DNA of 64,000 bases from an uncultured delta proteobacterium (GCA_963834795.1 CAWIDL010000032.1:238278-302277); one strand, 5' to 3'; counted from the first letter of the stretch, positions 19,494 through 29,238 are shown. Made by a program: numbers and translations. Notes: generated by a model not told the origin, from the sequence alone.

Positions 19494-20061
19494 CCTGACT
19501 CTGGTGGTAATCTGGATAGGGGTCCTCCGGGCTGGGGCTGAGAGCCCTACCGCCTATGTGCGGGGGATCCTGGACAAGACTATGGCGATCCAGAATGATG
19601 CTTCCCTGGACGCCAAGGCCCGGAGTCGGGCCATCCATCAGATCATTGAACAAGATTTCGATTTTCCGATGATGGCTAAGGATACTCTGGGGGCCACCTA
19701 TGGACAGATCAGCGCGGGGCAACGACAGCAATTCACCGGTACTTTCGGTTACCTATTCCAGGCTTCTTACTCCCGCATGGTTCTCAACTTCCTCAAGCAG
19801 GAGAACATCCAATACGGGCAGGAACGCCAGGAAGGCGGCGGCAAGGCCAGGGTAGATACTTCTCTGGTTCGGACCAATGATACCATCCCGGTAACCTATC
19901 TCATGCACTCCACCTCCAGGGGCTGGCTGCTTTATGACGTGGCGGTGGACGGGGTAAGCATTCTGGAAAACTACCGCAATCAATTCAGCCGGGTCATCCG
20001 CACCAAGTCCTTCGGATTTCTCCTGGAGCGGATGGAAGAACAGCGCCGGGCGACCGAGTAA
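19468..20061 (+). CDS. MlaC/Ttg2D-family periplasmic lipid-binding protein
   Basis: Signal peptide, then ..ILDKTMAI.., ..IEQDFDFPMMAKDTLG..W.., ..F..LFQASYS.. and ..GWLLYDVAVDGVSILENYRNQF.. match the MlaC (toluene tolerance Ttg2D) pattern. It overlaps the RND gene by 26 nt. Confidence 0.8.
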   Translation: MKKQLSIISLTLVVIWIGVLRAGAESPTAYVRGILDKTMAIQNDASLDAKARSRAIHQIIEQDFDFPMMAKDTLGATYGQISAGQRQQFTGTFGYLFQASYSRMVLNFLKQENIQYGQERQEGGGKARVDTSLVRTNDTIPVTYLMHSTSRGWLLYDVAVDGVSILENYRNQFSRVIRTKSFGFLLERMEEQRRATE

Positions 20062-20172
20062 ACCTCGCCTCCCCCTTCCCAGCCCCTTGAGCTCTTAGTG
20101 ACATGGTAATAACAAATATCAGCCCACAACAGCCTAATAGGCAAATGAGCACTACCTGACGAGAATTAAAAA

Positions 20173-20595
20173 ATGCATAACAATCTCTTTCGATTGGCCA
20201 TAGGTTTTGCAATTGTTTCTTCCTGCCTTGCATGTGCGGCTAAGCGCCCAATTTTGGCTCCCAATGAGCATCTCAAAGAAATAGGACTAGAGGCTGCCCA
20301 GCGTGATGTAGATGAGTGCATCCGTCTAGCTGCCGAGGCCGGACCAGGGGCTAGGCGGGGCAAGCAGATGGCCGGCCAAACTGCAGGGGGCGCAGTTGTT
20401 GGTGCAGCGGCTGGTGCTGTCGCGGGGGCAATCTCAGGAGGTCCTGGACTTGGTGCTGCGGCCGGGGCGGCTGGCGGAGCCACGGCAGGTCTTTTGCGTG
20501 GACTCTTCGGATCGAGTGATTTGGATGCTGGGCAGCAGCGTTATGCTGAGGACTGTCTACGTCAGAAAGGGTACGACCCAATTGGCTGGCGATAG
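20173..20595 (+). CDS. Lipoprotein with glycine-zipper segment
   Basis: Lipobox ..VSSCLAC.. followed by the G/A-rich GGAVVGAAAGAVAGAISGGPGLGAAAGAAGGATAG (glycine-zipper-like). The locus is AT-richer than its neighbours. Confidence 0.6.
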   Translation: MHNNLFRLAIGFAIVSSCLACAAKRPILAPNEHLKEIGLEAAQRDVDECIRLAAEAGPGARRGKQMAGQTAGGAVVGAAAGAVAGAISGGPGLGAAAGAAGGATAGLLRGLFGSSDLDAGQQRYAEDCLRQKGYDPIGWR

Positions 20596-20640
20596 GAAAA
20601 TGCCCTATCGCAAGAGATGTTGGGAAAGGGTTTTTTATCT

Positions 20641-20787
20641 GGTTCCCAAGCCCCTGCTTGGGAACCCTTTTTTTGCAAAGCTCCGCTTTGCTAAAGGAAC
20701 ATCAAGTTGCAGTTAAATATCAGGCAAACACTCCCCCAAGCAGAGCTTGGGGCAAATCTGCGTTCCCAAGCAGGAGCTTGGGAACGA
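20641..20787. repeat. Composite triple-hairpin repeat (gttcccaag..cttgggaac family), copy 1
   Basis: Three palindromes: ggttcccaagcccctgcttgggaacc, cccccaagcagagcttgggg and cgttcccaagcaggagcttgggaacg. Collinear with 52563..52716. Confidence 0.85.
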
Positions 20788-20875
20788 GTGAAAAGAGGAC
20801 TAAAGGGGTAATCACTACTCTTTTCATATCTTCCGCCCTCAAGTCGCTTAAACGACTTCCTCAATTTTTACGAAC

Positions 20876-22591
20876 TTAGGGCCCTCCCCAATCCAACAAC
20901 AGCAGTTCCGGGATCGAGCGGCCCTGGTAGTGGGAGAGGCGGGTGCTGAAGGCCACCTCCTGTACCCCGGTTAGTGGATGATGGGCCGCCTGCCCGAAGG
21001 CGATGGCTTCCATGACGCAATTCCGGTGGTGCAACTGCACCTTCAGGTGCCGCTCCGCCACCACCCGGGATCCCAGGCACTCCACTTCCCGGCAGACGAA
21101 CACCGGCGCGGGGTTGCCCGGGCCGAAGGGGAGCAGCCGTTCCAGGTGGCCAAAGAATTCCCGGTTCAGCTCCGCCAGCTCCACCTGGGCATCCACCTTC
21201 AGGGTGGGATGGAGGCAGGAGCCGGCGCCCACTTGCTCCTCAAAGGCCTGCTCCAGCTTCTCTTGCAGGGGCGCCAGGTTCTCCGCCGCCACCTCAAAGC
21301 CCGCGGCCGCCGCATGTCCTCCGTAGCGGCTGAGGACCTCCCCGCAGGCTTGAAGCCCCTTAAACAGGTGAAAACCCTCCACGGAGCGGGCCGAACCCCG
21401 GCCGCTGCCGTTCTTCAGGCTCACCAGGGCCACCGGCCGGTGATACTCCTCCGCCAGCCTGGCCGCCACGATGCCCAGCACTCCGAGATGCCAGCCTTCC
21501 TGGGCCAGCACCATTACCGCTCGCTGTTGTAATTTTTCCCGGCGGACCAGGGCGGCGGCCTCTTTGAGCACGGCTTCCTCCAGGGCCTGGCGCTGCCGGT
21601 TCAGTTGGTGCAAATAGTTGGCCTGGAGCCGCGCCTGGGCCAGGTCCCCGCAAAGGAGCAGCTCCAGGGCGCAGCGGGCCTGGCCCAAACGCCCCGCGGC
21701 ATTGATCCGGGGCGCCAGGCGAAAGACCAGGTCCCGGAAGGAGATGGGCTGGCCTGCCAATCTGAGCACTTCCTTCAGGGCCACCAGGCCCGGCCGGCGG
21801 CTCTCTTCCAGGACCTTGAGCCCCTGGCGCACCAGGATGCGGTTCTCCCCCAGGAGGGGCACCACGTCGGCCGCGGTGCCCAGGGCCACCAGGTCCAAAT
21901 AGGGCCTCAGATTGGGCTCCTTGTGCCCCCGGAACCAGCCCTCGGCCCTGAGTTCCGCCCGCACCCCCAAGGCCAGGAGCAGGGCCACCCCCACTCCGGC
22001 CAGGTCCCGGAAGGGATAATCGGGGCCGCCCCGCTTGGGATTGACCACAGCTAGCGCCGGGGGTAGCGCCTGCGAGACTTCGTGATGGTCGGTAACGATG
22101 ACTTCGAGCCCCTGGCTCCCGGCCCAGGCTACCTCTTGAATGTCATTGATGCCGCAGTCCACGGTCACCAGCAGGCGGCTCTTGGGAAGCAGCTCCTGCA
22201 TACCCCCCACCTTCAGGCCGTAACCTTCCCGGAGGCGATCAGGGATGTAGCTGTAACAGGGGAGCCCCAGCCCGGTAAAAAACTGCTGCAACAGGCAGGT
22301 GGCGGTGATGCCGTCGGCGTCGTAGTCGCCGTAGATGGCCAGGGGTTCTCCCTGGCGCACCGCCCGGCCCAGGCGGGTGGCGGCCGTCTCCAGGTCCGCC
22401 AGCCCGAAGGGCGGATAGAGGCGTTCCAGGGTGGGGTCCAGATAGGCCTGGATGTCCTCTACCCCGTTCAGGCCGCGGTTCAGGAGGATACGGGCCACCA
22501 GGGGCGGCAATCCGTGCCGGGCGCTGAGCTCCTTAACCTGCTCCGGCCTCTCCGGATGTAGCTGCCAGCGCTTTTTGCGGCGCATTTTCAC
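20876..22591 (-). CDS. recJ: Single-stranded-DNA-specific exonuclease RecJ
   Basis: ..IYGDYDADGITATCLL.., ..VTVDCGI.. and ..VIVTDHH.. are the DHH family motifs. The length and C-terminal OB region fit RecJ. Confidence 0.9.
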   Translation of the reverse strand: MKMRRKKRWQLHPERPEQVKELSARHGLPPLVARILLNRGLNGVEDIQAYLDPTLERLYPPFGLADLETAATRLGRAVRQGEPLAIYGDYDADGITATCLLQQFFTGLGLPCYSYIPDRLREGYGLKVGGMQELLPKSRLLVTVDCGINDIQEVAWAGSQGLEVIVTDHHEVSQALPPALAVVNPKRGGPDYPFRDLAGVGVALLLALGVRAELRAEGWFRGHKEPNLRPYLDLVALGTAADVVPLLGENRILVRQGLKVLEESRRPGLVALKEVLRLAGQPISFRDLVFRLAPRINAAGRLGQARCALELLLCGDLAQARLQANYLHQLNRQRQALEEAVLKEAAALVRREKLQQRAVMVLAQEGWHLGVLGIVAARLAEEYHRPVALVSLKNGSGRGSARSVEGFHLFKGLQACGEVLSRYGGHAAAAGFEVAAENLAPLQEKLEQAFEEQVGAGSCLHPTLKVDAQVELAELNREFFGHLERLLPFGPGNPAPVFVCREVECLGSRVVAERHLKVQLHHRNCVMEAIAFGQAAHHPLTGVQEVAFSTRLSHYQGRSIPELLLLDWGGP

Positions 22592-22623
22592 TCCGCTGAA
22601 GATGTAGGGGCGACAGCTGACAG

Positions 22624-23706
22624 CTATCTCGCCAGCTCTTCCAGGGCTTCCAGATTGCGGCGCATCCCCAAGGCAATCAAGGTGTCCCCCGCCAGGATGG
22701 GAGTCTCGAGGGTTGGATTGAAGAGCATCTCGCCGTCGCCCCGCTTAATGGCCACCAGGATGAGGTCCAGCTTCTGGCGGAGGCCGGAGTCCTTGAGGGC
22801 CACCCCCACCAGGGACGAGCCAGCGCCGACTTTGATTTCCTCCATGCTCCACTCCAACCCTTCGGTCAGGGCCAGTTCCATAAAGGTGGTCACCGTGGGG
22901 CGCAGGATGGCGCCGGCCATCCTCCGGCCCCCCATTTCATAGGGTGATTCCACCCGGTCGGCCCCGGCCCGCAGCAGCTTCTGCTCCGCCCCCACCTCCT
23001 CGGCCCGGGCCACAATGTAGAGGGCAGGGTTGAGGCTGCGGGCTGACAGGACGATGTAGACATTGTCGGCATCCGAGGAGACTACCGCCACCAAACCCCG
23101 GGCCCGGTCAATGCCCGCCTCTAACAAGACTTCTTCCCGGGTGGCGTCACCGGAGACGACATAATAACCGCTCTCCTCCAGGCGGCTCAGGTTCTCGGGC
23201 TTATTTTCCACGATGACCAGGGGGGTGCCCCGATCATGCAGTTGGCGGGCGATAATCTCGCCGATGCGGCCAAAGCCGCAGATAATATAATGATTTTTCA
23301 GTTTTTGGATGTTCTTCACCAAGCTGCGTCTCCCCAAGACCTCTCTGATCTCCCCTTCCACCACCACCCGGGCCAGGGAAGTGATGATATAGGCCAGGAC
23401 CCCCATGCCGACGAGGATCAGCCCCATGTTATACAGCCGTCCGGTTTGGGAGAGGGGGTGAACCTCCCCATAGCCCACAGTGGACAGGGTGGTTACCGTC
23501 ATGTACAGGGCGTCGAAGAAATTCCAGCCTTCCAGCCAGACAAAGCCCAGACTCCCAAAAATGAGCAACGCCAGCAGGACGGCAGTCAAAGTTAGAATGC
23601 GCCGGAGGGTGGTCAACCCGGTCCGCTGGCTGTGAGTTACCGGAGTCTTGAGCTGGTACATAACATCTTTAGGCGAGGGGCTGGCCAACCCCGAATATCT
23701 TACCAC
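22624..23706 (-). CDS. Potassium channel with two RCK/TrkA domains
   Basis: The selectivity filter TLSTVGYGE sits between two TM helices, followed by the Rossmann motif IICGFGRIGEIIA and TrkA-C regions. The start is ambiguous; Met at 23661 is also possible. Confidence 0.85.
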   Translation of the reverse strand: MVRYSGLASPSPKDVMYQLKTPVTHSQRTGLTTLRRILTLTAVLLALLIFGSLGFVWLEGWNFFDALYMTVTTLSTVGYGEVHPLSQTGRLYNMGLILVGMGVLAYIITSLARVVVEGEIREVLGRRSLVKNIQKLKNHYIICGFGRIGEIIARQLHDRGTPLVIVENKPENLSRLEESGYYVVSGDATREEVLLEAGIDRARGLVAVVSSDADNVYIVLSARSLNPALYIVARAEEVGAEQKLLRAGADRVESPYEMGGRRMAGAILRPTVTTFMELALTEGLEWSMEEIKVGAGSSLVGVALKDSGLRQKLDLILVAIKRGDGEMLFNPTLETPILAGDTLIALGMRRNLEALEELAR

Positions 23707-24248
23707 AAAAAGGCGGGCCCTGGTCGGAAAGAATTCGCCAAATAGCTCTCAGCTTTCAGCCATCAGCTTTCAGCTTTTTGCTTTTTTGCTTTTTTGCTGA
23801 GCGAGGTTAGCGTTTGCTTAACTCATTCTCGTTCCCAAGCTCCCGCCTTGAAAGGTTGTGAAGAATTGGTGGCGCAGGCGTCCCTCGAAAAAAACCTGTG
23901 CGGACTGGGTGGCGGGCGAGACGCCCGCCCCACCGGTCTTCTCATAATTTATGGGTAGGCCAAAGGCCCATGAACGGCTGTTCCGAAAAGTTGCCAATTT
24001 TTCATCGTTGCGGGTGAGCTAAAGGCTCATGAATTACTGCTTGGGAACGCACTGCTACAGTTTCTTTGCCGGCTCTTTTGCCAAATTTTCCGGTTTTTTT
24101 TAATCCTTCAATTAGCTTTCGCCCTTGGTCTTTTGCCTTTAGCTGATACCTGATAACTGATAACTGCTAGCTTCTTAAACCCTCCTTTCTGCAAGTGACC
24201 GGTTAATTCTTTTGGCAGAGAGACCCCGATTGTGGTAATCAGTTGGCC

Positions 24249-24863
24249 ATGTGGATTCAGAAACGCACCTCCTTGGGTCTGATTGCGGCCCTGGTTATGG
24301 CTCCGGCCTGGCTGCTGGGGGGCTGCGCCCCCCGGCCGGCCCCCACCGTGGGTGGTATTACCTTACCACCGGGCAGTTATGTGACCGCCTCCTATCGGGC
24401 CCCCGGCTGGGCGGCGGCCCGAACCTCTTACGCCCTTTCGCCCTTCCCGGTGCAAGCCGCCCGGGGGGTGGCCCCGGAGACCTTTCAGGCATTGTTGCAG
24501 GAGGAGATCTCCCGTGCCTTGCAGGCCAACGGCCTCAAGGTCGACCCCCACAGCGACACGGTGCTCCGGGGCACGGTGTCCCGGCTGGAGGTCCGGGGAG
24601 CCTCCCTCAGGTTCATCACCGGCAGCATCACCGCGGCGCTCACGGTTGAGGGGCAGGTCAGCCGGGGGTCAGAGATCCTCTTCGCCTTCCAGGATCGGAT
24701 CAGGCTGAACTCCCCGGTCAACCCGGGAGCGCCGGCCCCCAAGGAAACGGAACTGCTGTTAACCCAGGCGGCCAGGACCTGCGCCGCCCATCTGCTGAAC
24801 GAACTCCTCCTTACTGGTGCACCGCCGGAGGCAGGTAAATATCGCCAAAAACCCGGACGATGA
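24249..24863 (+). CDS. Lipoprotein of unknown function
   Basis: Signal peptide plus lipobox ..APAWLLGGC. No confident family. The 3' end overlaps the convergent gene by 53 nt. Confidence 0.5.
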   Translation: MWIQKRTSLGLIAALVMAPAWLLGGCAPRPAPTVGGITLPPGSYVTASYRAPGWAAARTSYALSPFPVQAARGVAPETFQALLQEEISRALQANGLKVDPHSDTVLRGTVSRLEVRGASLRFITGSITAALTVEGQVSRGSEILFAFQDRIRLNSPVNPGAPAPKETELLLTQAARTCAAHLLNELLLTGAPPEAGKYRQKPGR

Positions 24864-25590
24864 GCCGGGGCCGCTGCGCTGAGGTGGTGGTCAGCTCGAT
24901 GAGGCCGGCGTAAGGCCCCGAATTGCCGCTGCGGTTACTCACTTCCAGGAGATAGACCCGGTCAGGCTGCACCGCCTTCAGGCTTATCTCGATTTTATTC
25001 GGGATATTGGTGCGATAACCGGTGATCTTAAACGGCCCGGGCAGGTGGGAGGTGAACAACACCTGGCCCCGCACCTCTTCCCCTGATGACCCTTTGAGCC
25101 GCACAATGTGGCTTGGCTGGATTTCGATGAAGGGCAGGGCGTCTCCCGCGAGCATCAGATGGAACTCCGGGGTCTCCGGATCATTGGTGGTGACCAGGGT
25201 GTCCTTACGGAACTGGTGGATCACCGAATAGGGCTTGATGGTCAAGGTAATCTCACCCTGGCTGCCGGGTGGGATGGTGCTGTTATAGCGGGGCACGGTG
25301 CAGGCGCATTCCGGGTCCACTTTCAGGATTTCCAAAGGCTCCTGGCCAATGTTGCGGATTACAAAGGTATGGCTTAACTCCCGGTCTTCAAAGACTTGTC
25401 CGAAATCATGGCGGTCCTCCGTGAGAATGGCCCGGGGCGCCGGTTCAGCCCCCAGCAAGGCGCGGGGGAGGAAGACCTGGACGGTCCAAAAAACCAGGGC
25501 CACCCAGGTCCAGACGGTTTTTATATTTTTGGTATTTTTGGTATTTCGTGTAAGGGTGAGAAATCGCCGCGTATGCCTCTGATTAATCAT
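24811..25590 (-). CDS. DUF1573-domain protein (Ig-like, membrane-anchored)
   Basis: ..HDFGQVFEDRELSHTFVIRNIGQEPLEILKVDPECACTV.. is the DUF1573 signature. Start taken at MINQRH (25590) rather than the track start; the upstream extension is non-coding-like. Confidence 0.7.
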   Translation of the reverse strand: MINQRHTRRFLTLTRNTKNTKNIKTVWTWVALVFWTVQVFLPRALLGAEPAPRAILTEDRHDFGQVFEDRELSHTFVIRNIGQEPLEILKVDPECACTVPRYNSTIPPGSQGEITLTIKPYSVIHQFRKDTLVTTNDPETPEFHLMLAGDALPFIEIQPSHIVRLKGSSGEEVRGQVLFTSHLPGPFKITGYRTNIPNKIEISLKAVQPDRVYLLEVSNRSGNSGPYAGLIELTTTSAQRPRLIVRVFGDIYLPPAVHQ

Positions 25591-25990
25591 TGGTAACCTC
25601 AGGCCAGGGGATGAAGCAAAGCCCATTCTCCTTGATTTAGATATTAAATCCGGAGATGAGCCACCTCTGCTCATTCTCTCGCCGGTAGCGGCTTACCGCC
25701 CGCAGGTGATTTGGCTGGCAGAGAACCTGGGAAAAGCTAATCGACCCGCGCCTTCCCACTGGTTCTGGGGAAAAGAGTCGGAGCGCCGCGATAAAAAATC
25801 CTAATTTTTAAGGGAATTTCCCTCCAAGATCCAGGAGCGTGAGCCGCGATGAGCGGCCAGGCGGCTGCCCCCCTGGTTCAGGGAGGAAATCCGGAATTAA
25901 TTTTACCATTTGCCGTGGCCGGGGAAAAGTTTTATTATGGGGCCAGGACTCCCAGCGCATCGCTTAACCAACTCCAAGGAGAACAGTGTC

Positions 25991-26575
25991 ATGGCACCCA
26001 TGAGCAAGGTCCGCCGCCAGACCCGGGAAACCGAGGTGGAACTGGAACTGGAGCTGGATGGCCGGGGCCGGTCGGAAGTCGCCACCGGCATCCCCTTTCT
26101 GGACCACATGCTTAACCTGTTCGCGGCCCACGGCTATTTCGACCTGAAGATCAAGGCCAGCGGTGATCTGGAAGTAGACCAGCACCACACCGTGGAGGAT
26201 ATCGGCATCTGCCTGGGGCACGCCTTCCGGGAGGCCCTGCAGGGCCGCCCCCAGGTGCGCCGTTTCGGGGAGGCCCGGGTACCCATGGACGAGGCCCTGG
26301 CCCAGGTCAGCGTTGACCTGAGCAACCGCCCCTTCCTTCATCTGGATGCGCACCTCTCCCCGGGGGGCGCCGGCATGGACCCGCAATTGGTGAAGGAGTT
26401 CTGGCGGGCGGTGTGCGTCCATGGCGGCCTGACCCTGCACATCACCGTGCCCTACGGGGAGAACACCCACCACATCCTGGAGGCCATCTTCAAGGCCGCC
26501 GGCCGGGCGCTGGATATGGCCACCCAGCCTGAACCCCGGGTCCACGGGGTGCCGTCCACCAAGGGAGTTTTGTAA
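25991..26575 (+). CDS. hisB: Imidazoleglycerol-phosphate dehydratase
   Basis: ..RQTRETEVELELELDGRG..IPFLDHML..HHTVEDIGICLG..HHILEAIFKA.. Start set at MAPMSK, preceded by aaggaga. Confidence 0.9.
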   Translation: MAPMSKVRRQTRETEVELELELDGRGRSEVATGIPFLDHMLNLFAAHGYFDLKIKASGDLEVDQHHTVEDIGICLGHAFREALQGRPQVRRFGEARVPMDEALAQVSVDLSNRPFLHLDAHLSPGGAGMDPQLVKEFWRAVCVHGGLTLHITVPYGENTHHILEAIFKAAGRALDMATQPEPRVHGVPSTKGVL

Positions 26576-26607
26576 TTTTAAAGATAAATCCTTAGGGGAG
26601 GGAGTAT

Positions 26608-27246
26608 ATGTTCTGCCCAGCCTGCGGCAAGGAGGCGCCGGAGTTGACCAATTTCTGCCAATACTGCGGCCAAACCCTTAATTGGGCCGCCGTGGAGCCG
26701 CAGGTCCAGGGGACCGCCGGAAGACACCCGGCCGCCGTGAAATATGCGGGCTTCTGGCTAAGATTTGTGGCATTTGTCATTGATTGCATCTTTATTTCCA
26801 TTGTAGTCCTGGGCGCCACAACCGTGGTGGCATCTATTTTGGGAGTGCATGCCGGGCTCCATGCAGGAAGGTATGGAGGTATAGCATTCGGGGGGGCCTT
26901 CGGAATAAGGCATTTTAGCGGCACTTTAGTCGCATGGCTCTACTGGGCCCTCATGGAGTCTTCCCCCAAACAAGCAACTCTGGGCAAGATGGCCCTGGGC
27001 CTCAAGGTTACCGACCTCCAGGGGGAACGCCTCTCCTTCGCCAGGGCCACCGGCAGATATTTCGGCAAAATTGTCTCTTCCCTAATTCTCTTTGTCGGCT
27101 TCATGATGGCCGGTTGGACCGAGAAGAAACAGGCCCTCCATGACATCATGGCCGGCACCCTAGTGGTTAAAAAACGGAATTTGCCAGAGAAGTTGGCAAT
27201 AGCTCAAGGTTTTCAACAGGATATGGAAGTCGGCCACCCCAAATGA
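26608..27246 (+). CDS. RDD-family membrane protein with N-terminal zinc ribbon
   Basis: CPACG..FCQYCG ribbon, then ..YAGFWLRFVAFVIDCIF.. and ..ALHDIMAGTLVV.. (RDD domain). Confidence 0.75.
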   Translation: MFCPACGKEAPELTNFCQYCGQTLNWAAVEPQVQGTAGRHPAAVKYAGFWLRFVAFVIDCIFISIVVLGATTVVASILGVHAGLHAGRYGGIAFGGAFGIRHFSGTLVAWLYWALMESSPKQATLGKMALGLKVTDLQGERLSFARATGRYFGKIVSSLILFVGFMMAGWTEKKQALHDIMAGTLVVKKRNLPEKLAIAQGFQQDMEVGHPK

Positions 27247-28208
27247 AACGCAGGGAATTCTTGTGGTGTCTGGCTCTGGGACTGGCGGGGGGCTGGGCCC
27301 TCAGCCGCCCTAATAAAGAACTCCGCCCAGCCGCGGCGACGGCCGGGGGCCCGGAGATGCGCCTGGCCTTTCTGGCCGATGCGCACCTGAAAGACGCTGA
27401 CCAGGGGCGCCCCGAGGCCCTGGCCCTGGCCCGGGCGGTGGCGGAGTTGCGAGCCCTCAAGCCCGGGCCCGATCTGGTCCTGTTCGCCGGAGACCTGGCC
27501 CACCGCGGCCACCCCGGGGCCCTGGCCCTGGGGAAGGAGATCCTCGCCGGCCTGCCGGGGCCTCTGCTAATGCTCATGGGCGAGGGCGACGGCCTGCCGG
27601 ACGGGGCCGCCCCCTGGCGCCGCCTCTTTGGGGAACCCCGGTTTTCCCAGGTCTTACGTAAAGCCGGAAACGGCAACCAGCAAACTGCCCTCCAGATTGT
27701 AGGCCTGCACACCGCCTGGTGTCCGGGCCCCGGGGGACCGTTCTTCCGGGTGGGGGAGCCCGGCCGCCACCGCCTGGCCCGGCAGCTTGCCGGGATGGAC
27801 CACGAAGCGCCCCTCATCCTCCTCTCCCACGCCCCCCTGGACCTCATCTATCGGCCCTGGCAACAGTGGACCGCGGACTGCCGCGAGGTGGCGGCCCTGC
27901 TGGCCGGCTTCCGCCAGGTCCTTTGCCTCCATGGCCATACCCATAATGCAGGGGCCAGGGGTCAGGGGCCAGGGGTCAGTGAAGTTTATGATAGGGACGG
28001 GATCTTTTTGACGGAAAACGGAAAACGGAAAACGGAAAACCGTCTTTTACACCTTTCTCTACCCGCCACTGCCTGGCCCGGCCCCCAGGCATTGCAGGGG
28101 ACCCCGGCCAGCTCCGTCCCCGGGCTGGGCCCCGCCGGCTGCGGCTGGGTGCTGCTTGAGGCAGATGGTGGAGTCTTCCGGTTCCAACCGCGCATCTGGC
28201 GATCATAG
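27243..28208 (+). CDS. Tat-signal metallophosphoesterase (calcineurin-like) with an in-frame repeat insertion
   Basis: Tat-like N-terminus MKRREFLWCLALGLAGG. Motifs ..FLADAHL.., ..FAGDLAHRG.. and ..LHGHTHN.. are present. Nucleotides 27951-28044 are an intergenic-type repeat read in frame. Confidence 0.7.
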   Translation: MKRREFLWCLALGLAGGWALSRPNKELRPAAATAGGPEMRLAFLADAHLKDADQGRPEALALARAVAELRALKPGPDLVLFAGDLAHRGHPGALALGKEILAGLPGPLLMLMGEGDGLPDGAAPWRRLFGEPRFSQVLRKAGNGNQQTALQIVGLHTAWCPGPGGPFFRVGEPGRHRLARQLAGMDHEAPLILLSHAPLDLIYRPWQQWTADCREVAALLAGFRQVLCLHGHTHNAGARGQGPGVSEVYDRDGIFLTENGKRKTENRLLHLSLPATAWPGPQALQGTPASSVPGLGPAGCGWVLLEADGGVFRFQPRIWRS

Positions 28209-28307
28209 CGCTAATTTTCTCGCTGCATCAATATATGTCGATCCTGGCGAGTAATTAGCTATCTTACGGAATCTCTTATAATTTTTTTAGATGAAAAGTA
28301 TGCTAAC

Positions 28308-29111
28308 ATGTCCCCGATGGGAGGATTCGCCCCAAGAATAGAAACTCCAGGGGATTTTCCAAGGGCTTGGCAATCCCCAAAAAAATTTAGCCTCGATAGC
28401 CAGGGCTGCCGCATAATCTCGGATCATCTTATGTTTATTAAAAAAACAATCGAGGACTTATACGAGAAGGCTTATAATCTTTTATTTATTAAAGAAGACT
28501 ACCAAAATGCCATTAAGGTTTTTAGAAAAATTATCCAGCAAAAACCGGATGAGTTTGAGGCCTTCTTCTGGCTCGGTCAAACCTATCTACAGGCCACAGG
28601 CGACTACCAGCAAGCTATAGAGAGTTTTAAGCAGGTAATCCGTCTTCAACCCAATAACGCTGAAGCTTATTTCTCTTTGGGGAGAGCATACGGCCTACTA
28701 GGACATCACCAGGACGAATTAGAGAATTATCTCCAAGCAATTCATATCAAACCAGATTATGCCGAGGCATACGGTAACCTTGGATCAACTTACATAGACC
28801 TCGGTCGTTTTCCTGAAGCGTTGGAGGCTTACAAGAAAGCATCTTCCCTTAAACCTAACGATCCCGAAATATACTATAATATTGGTACTGTGTTTTGTCA
28901 GCTAAACGAAAATGAGATGGCGGTAAAGGCTCTGGAACTGTGTATTCAGCTAAAGCCTGACCATGCGAGGGCCTATTATAATTTGGGTTTAACATATGGA
29001 AAACTTGGTCGATATGATGACGCTTTGGAAGCTTTAAGACAGGTCATTCGCCTTGAACCAGATTCTATAGAGGCACAGTATGCCTTATTAAATATTATTG
29101 GCAATATTTAA
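28308..29111 (+). CDS. TPR-repeat protein (AT-rich islet)
   Basis: Six to seven canonical TPR units (..AEAYFSLGRAYGLLGHHQDELENYLQAIHIKPDYAEAYGNLG..). The true start may be the Met at 28431. Confidence 0.7.
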   Translation: MSPMGGFAPRIETPGDFPRAWQSPKKFSLDSQGCRIISDHLMFIKKTIEDLYEKAYNLLFIKEDYQNAIKVFRKIIQQKPDEFEAFFWLGQTYLQATGDYQQAIESFKQVIRLQPNNAEAYFSLGRAYGLLGHHQDELENYLQAIHIKPDYAEAYGNLGSTYIDLGRFPEALEAYKKASSLKPNDPEIYYNIGTVFCQLNENEMAVKALELCIQLKPDHARAYYNLGLTYGKLGRYDDALEALRQVIRLEPDSIEAQYALLNIIGNI

Positions 29112-29238
29112 TCTGACTTTTCTGGTAAATTGAACAACTATATATCATGTGAGAATATCAGATGACCAACAGAATATAAATTATGTAACAAATATGATGG
29201 CATTTAATTTCGGGGGTTATGTTGCAAGAGGTTGAGCT

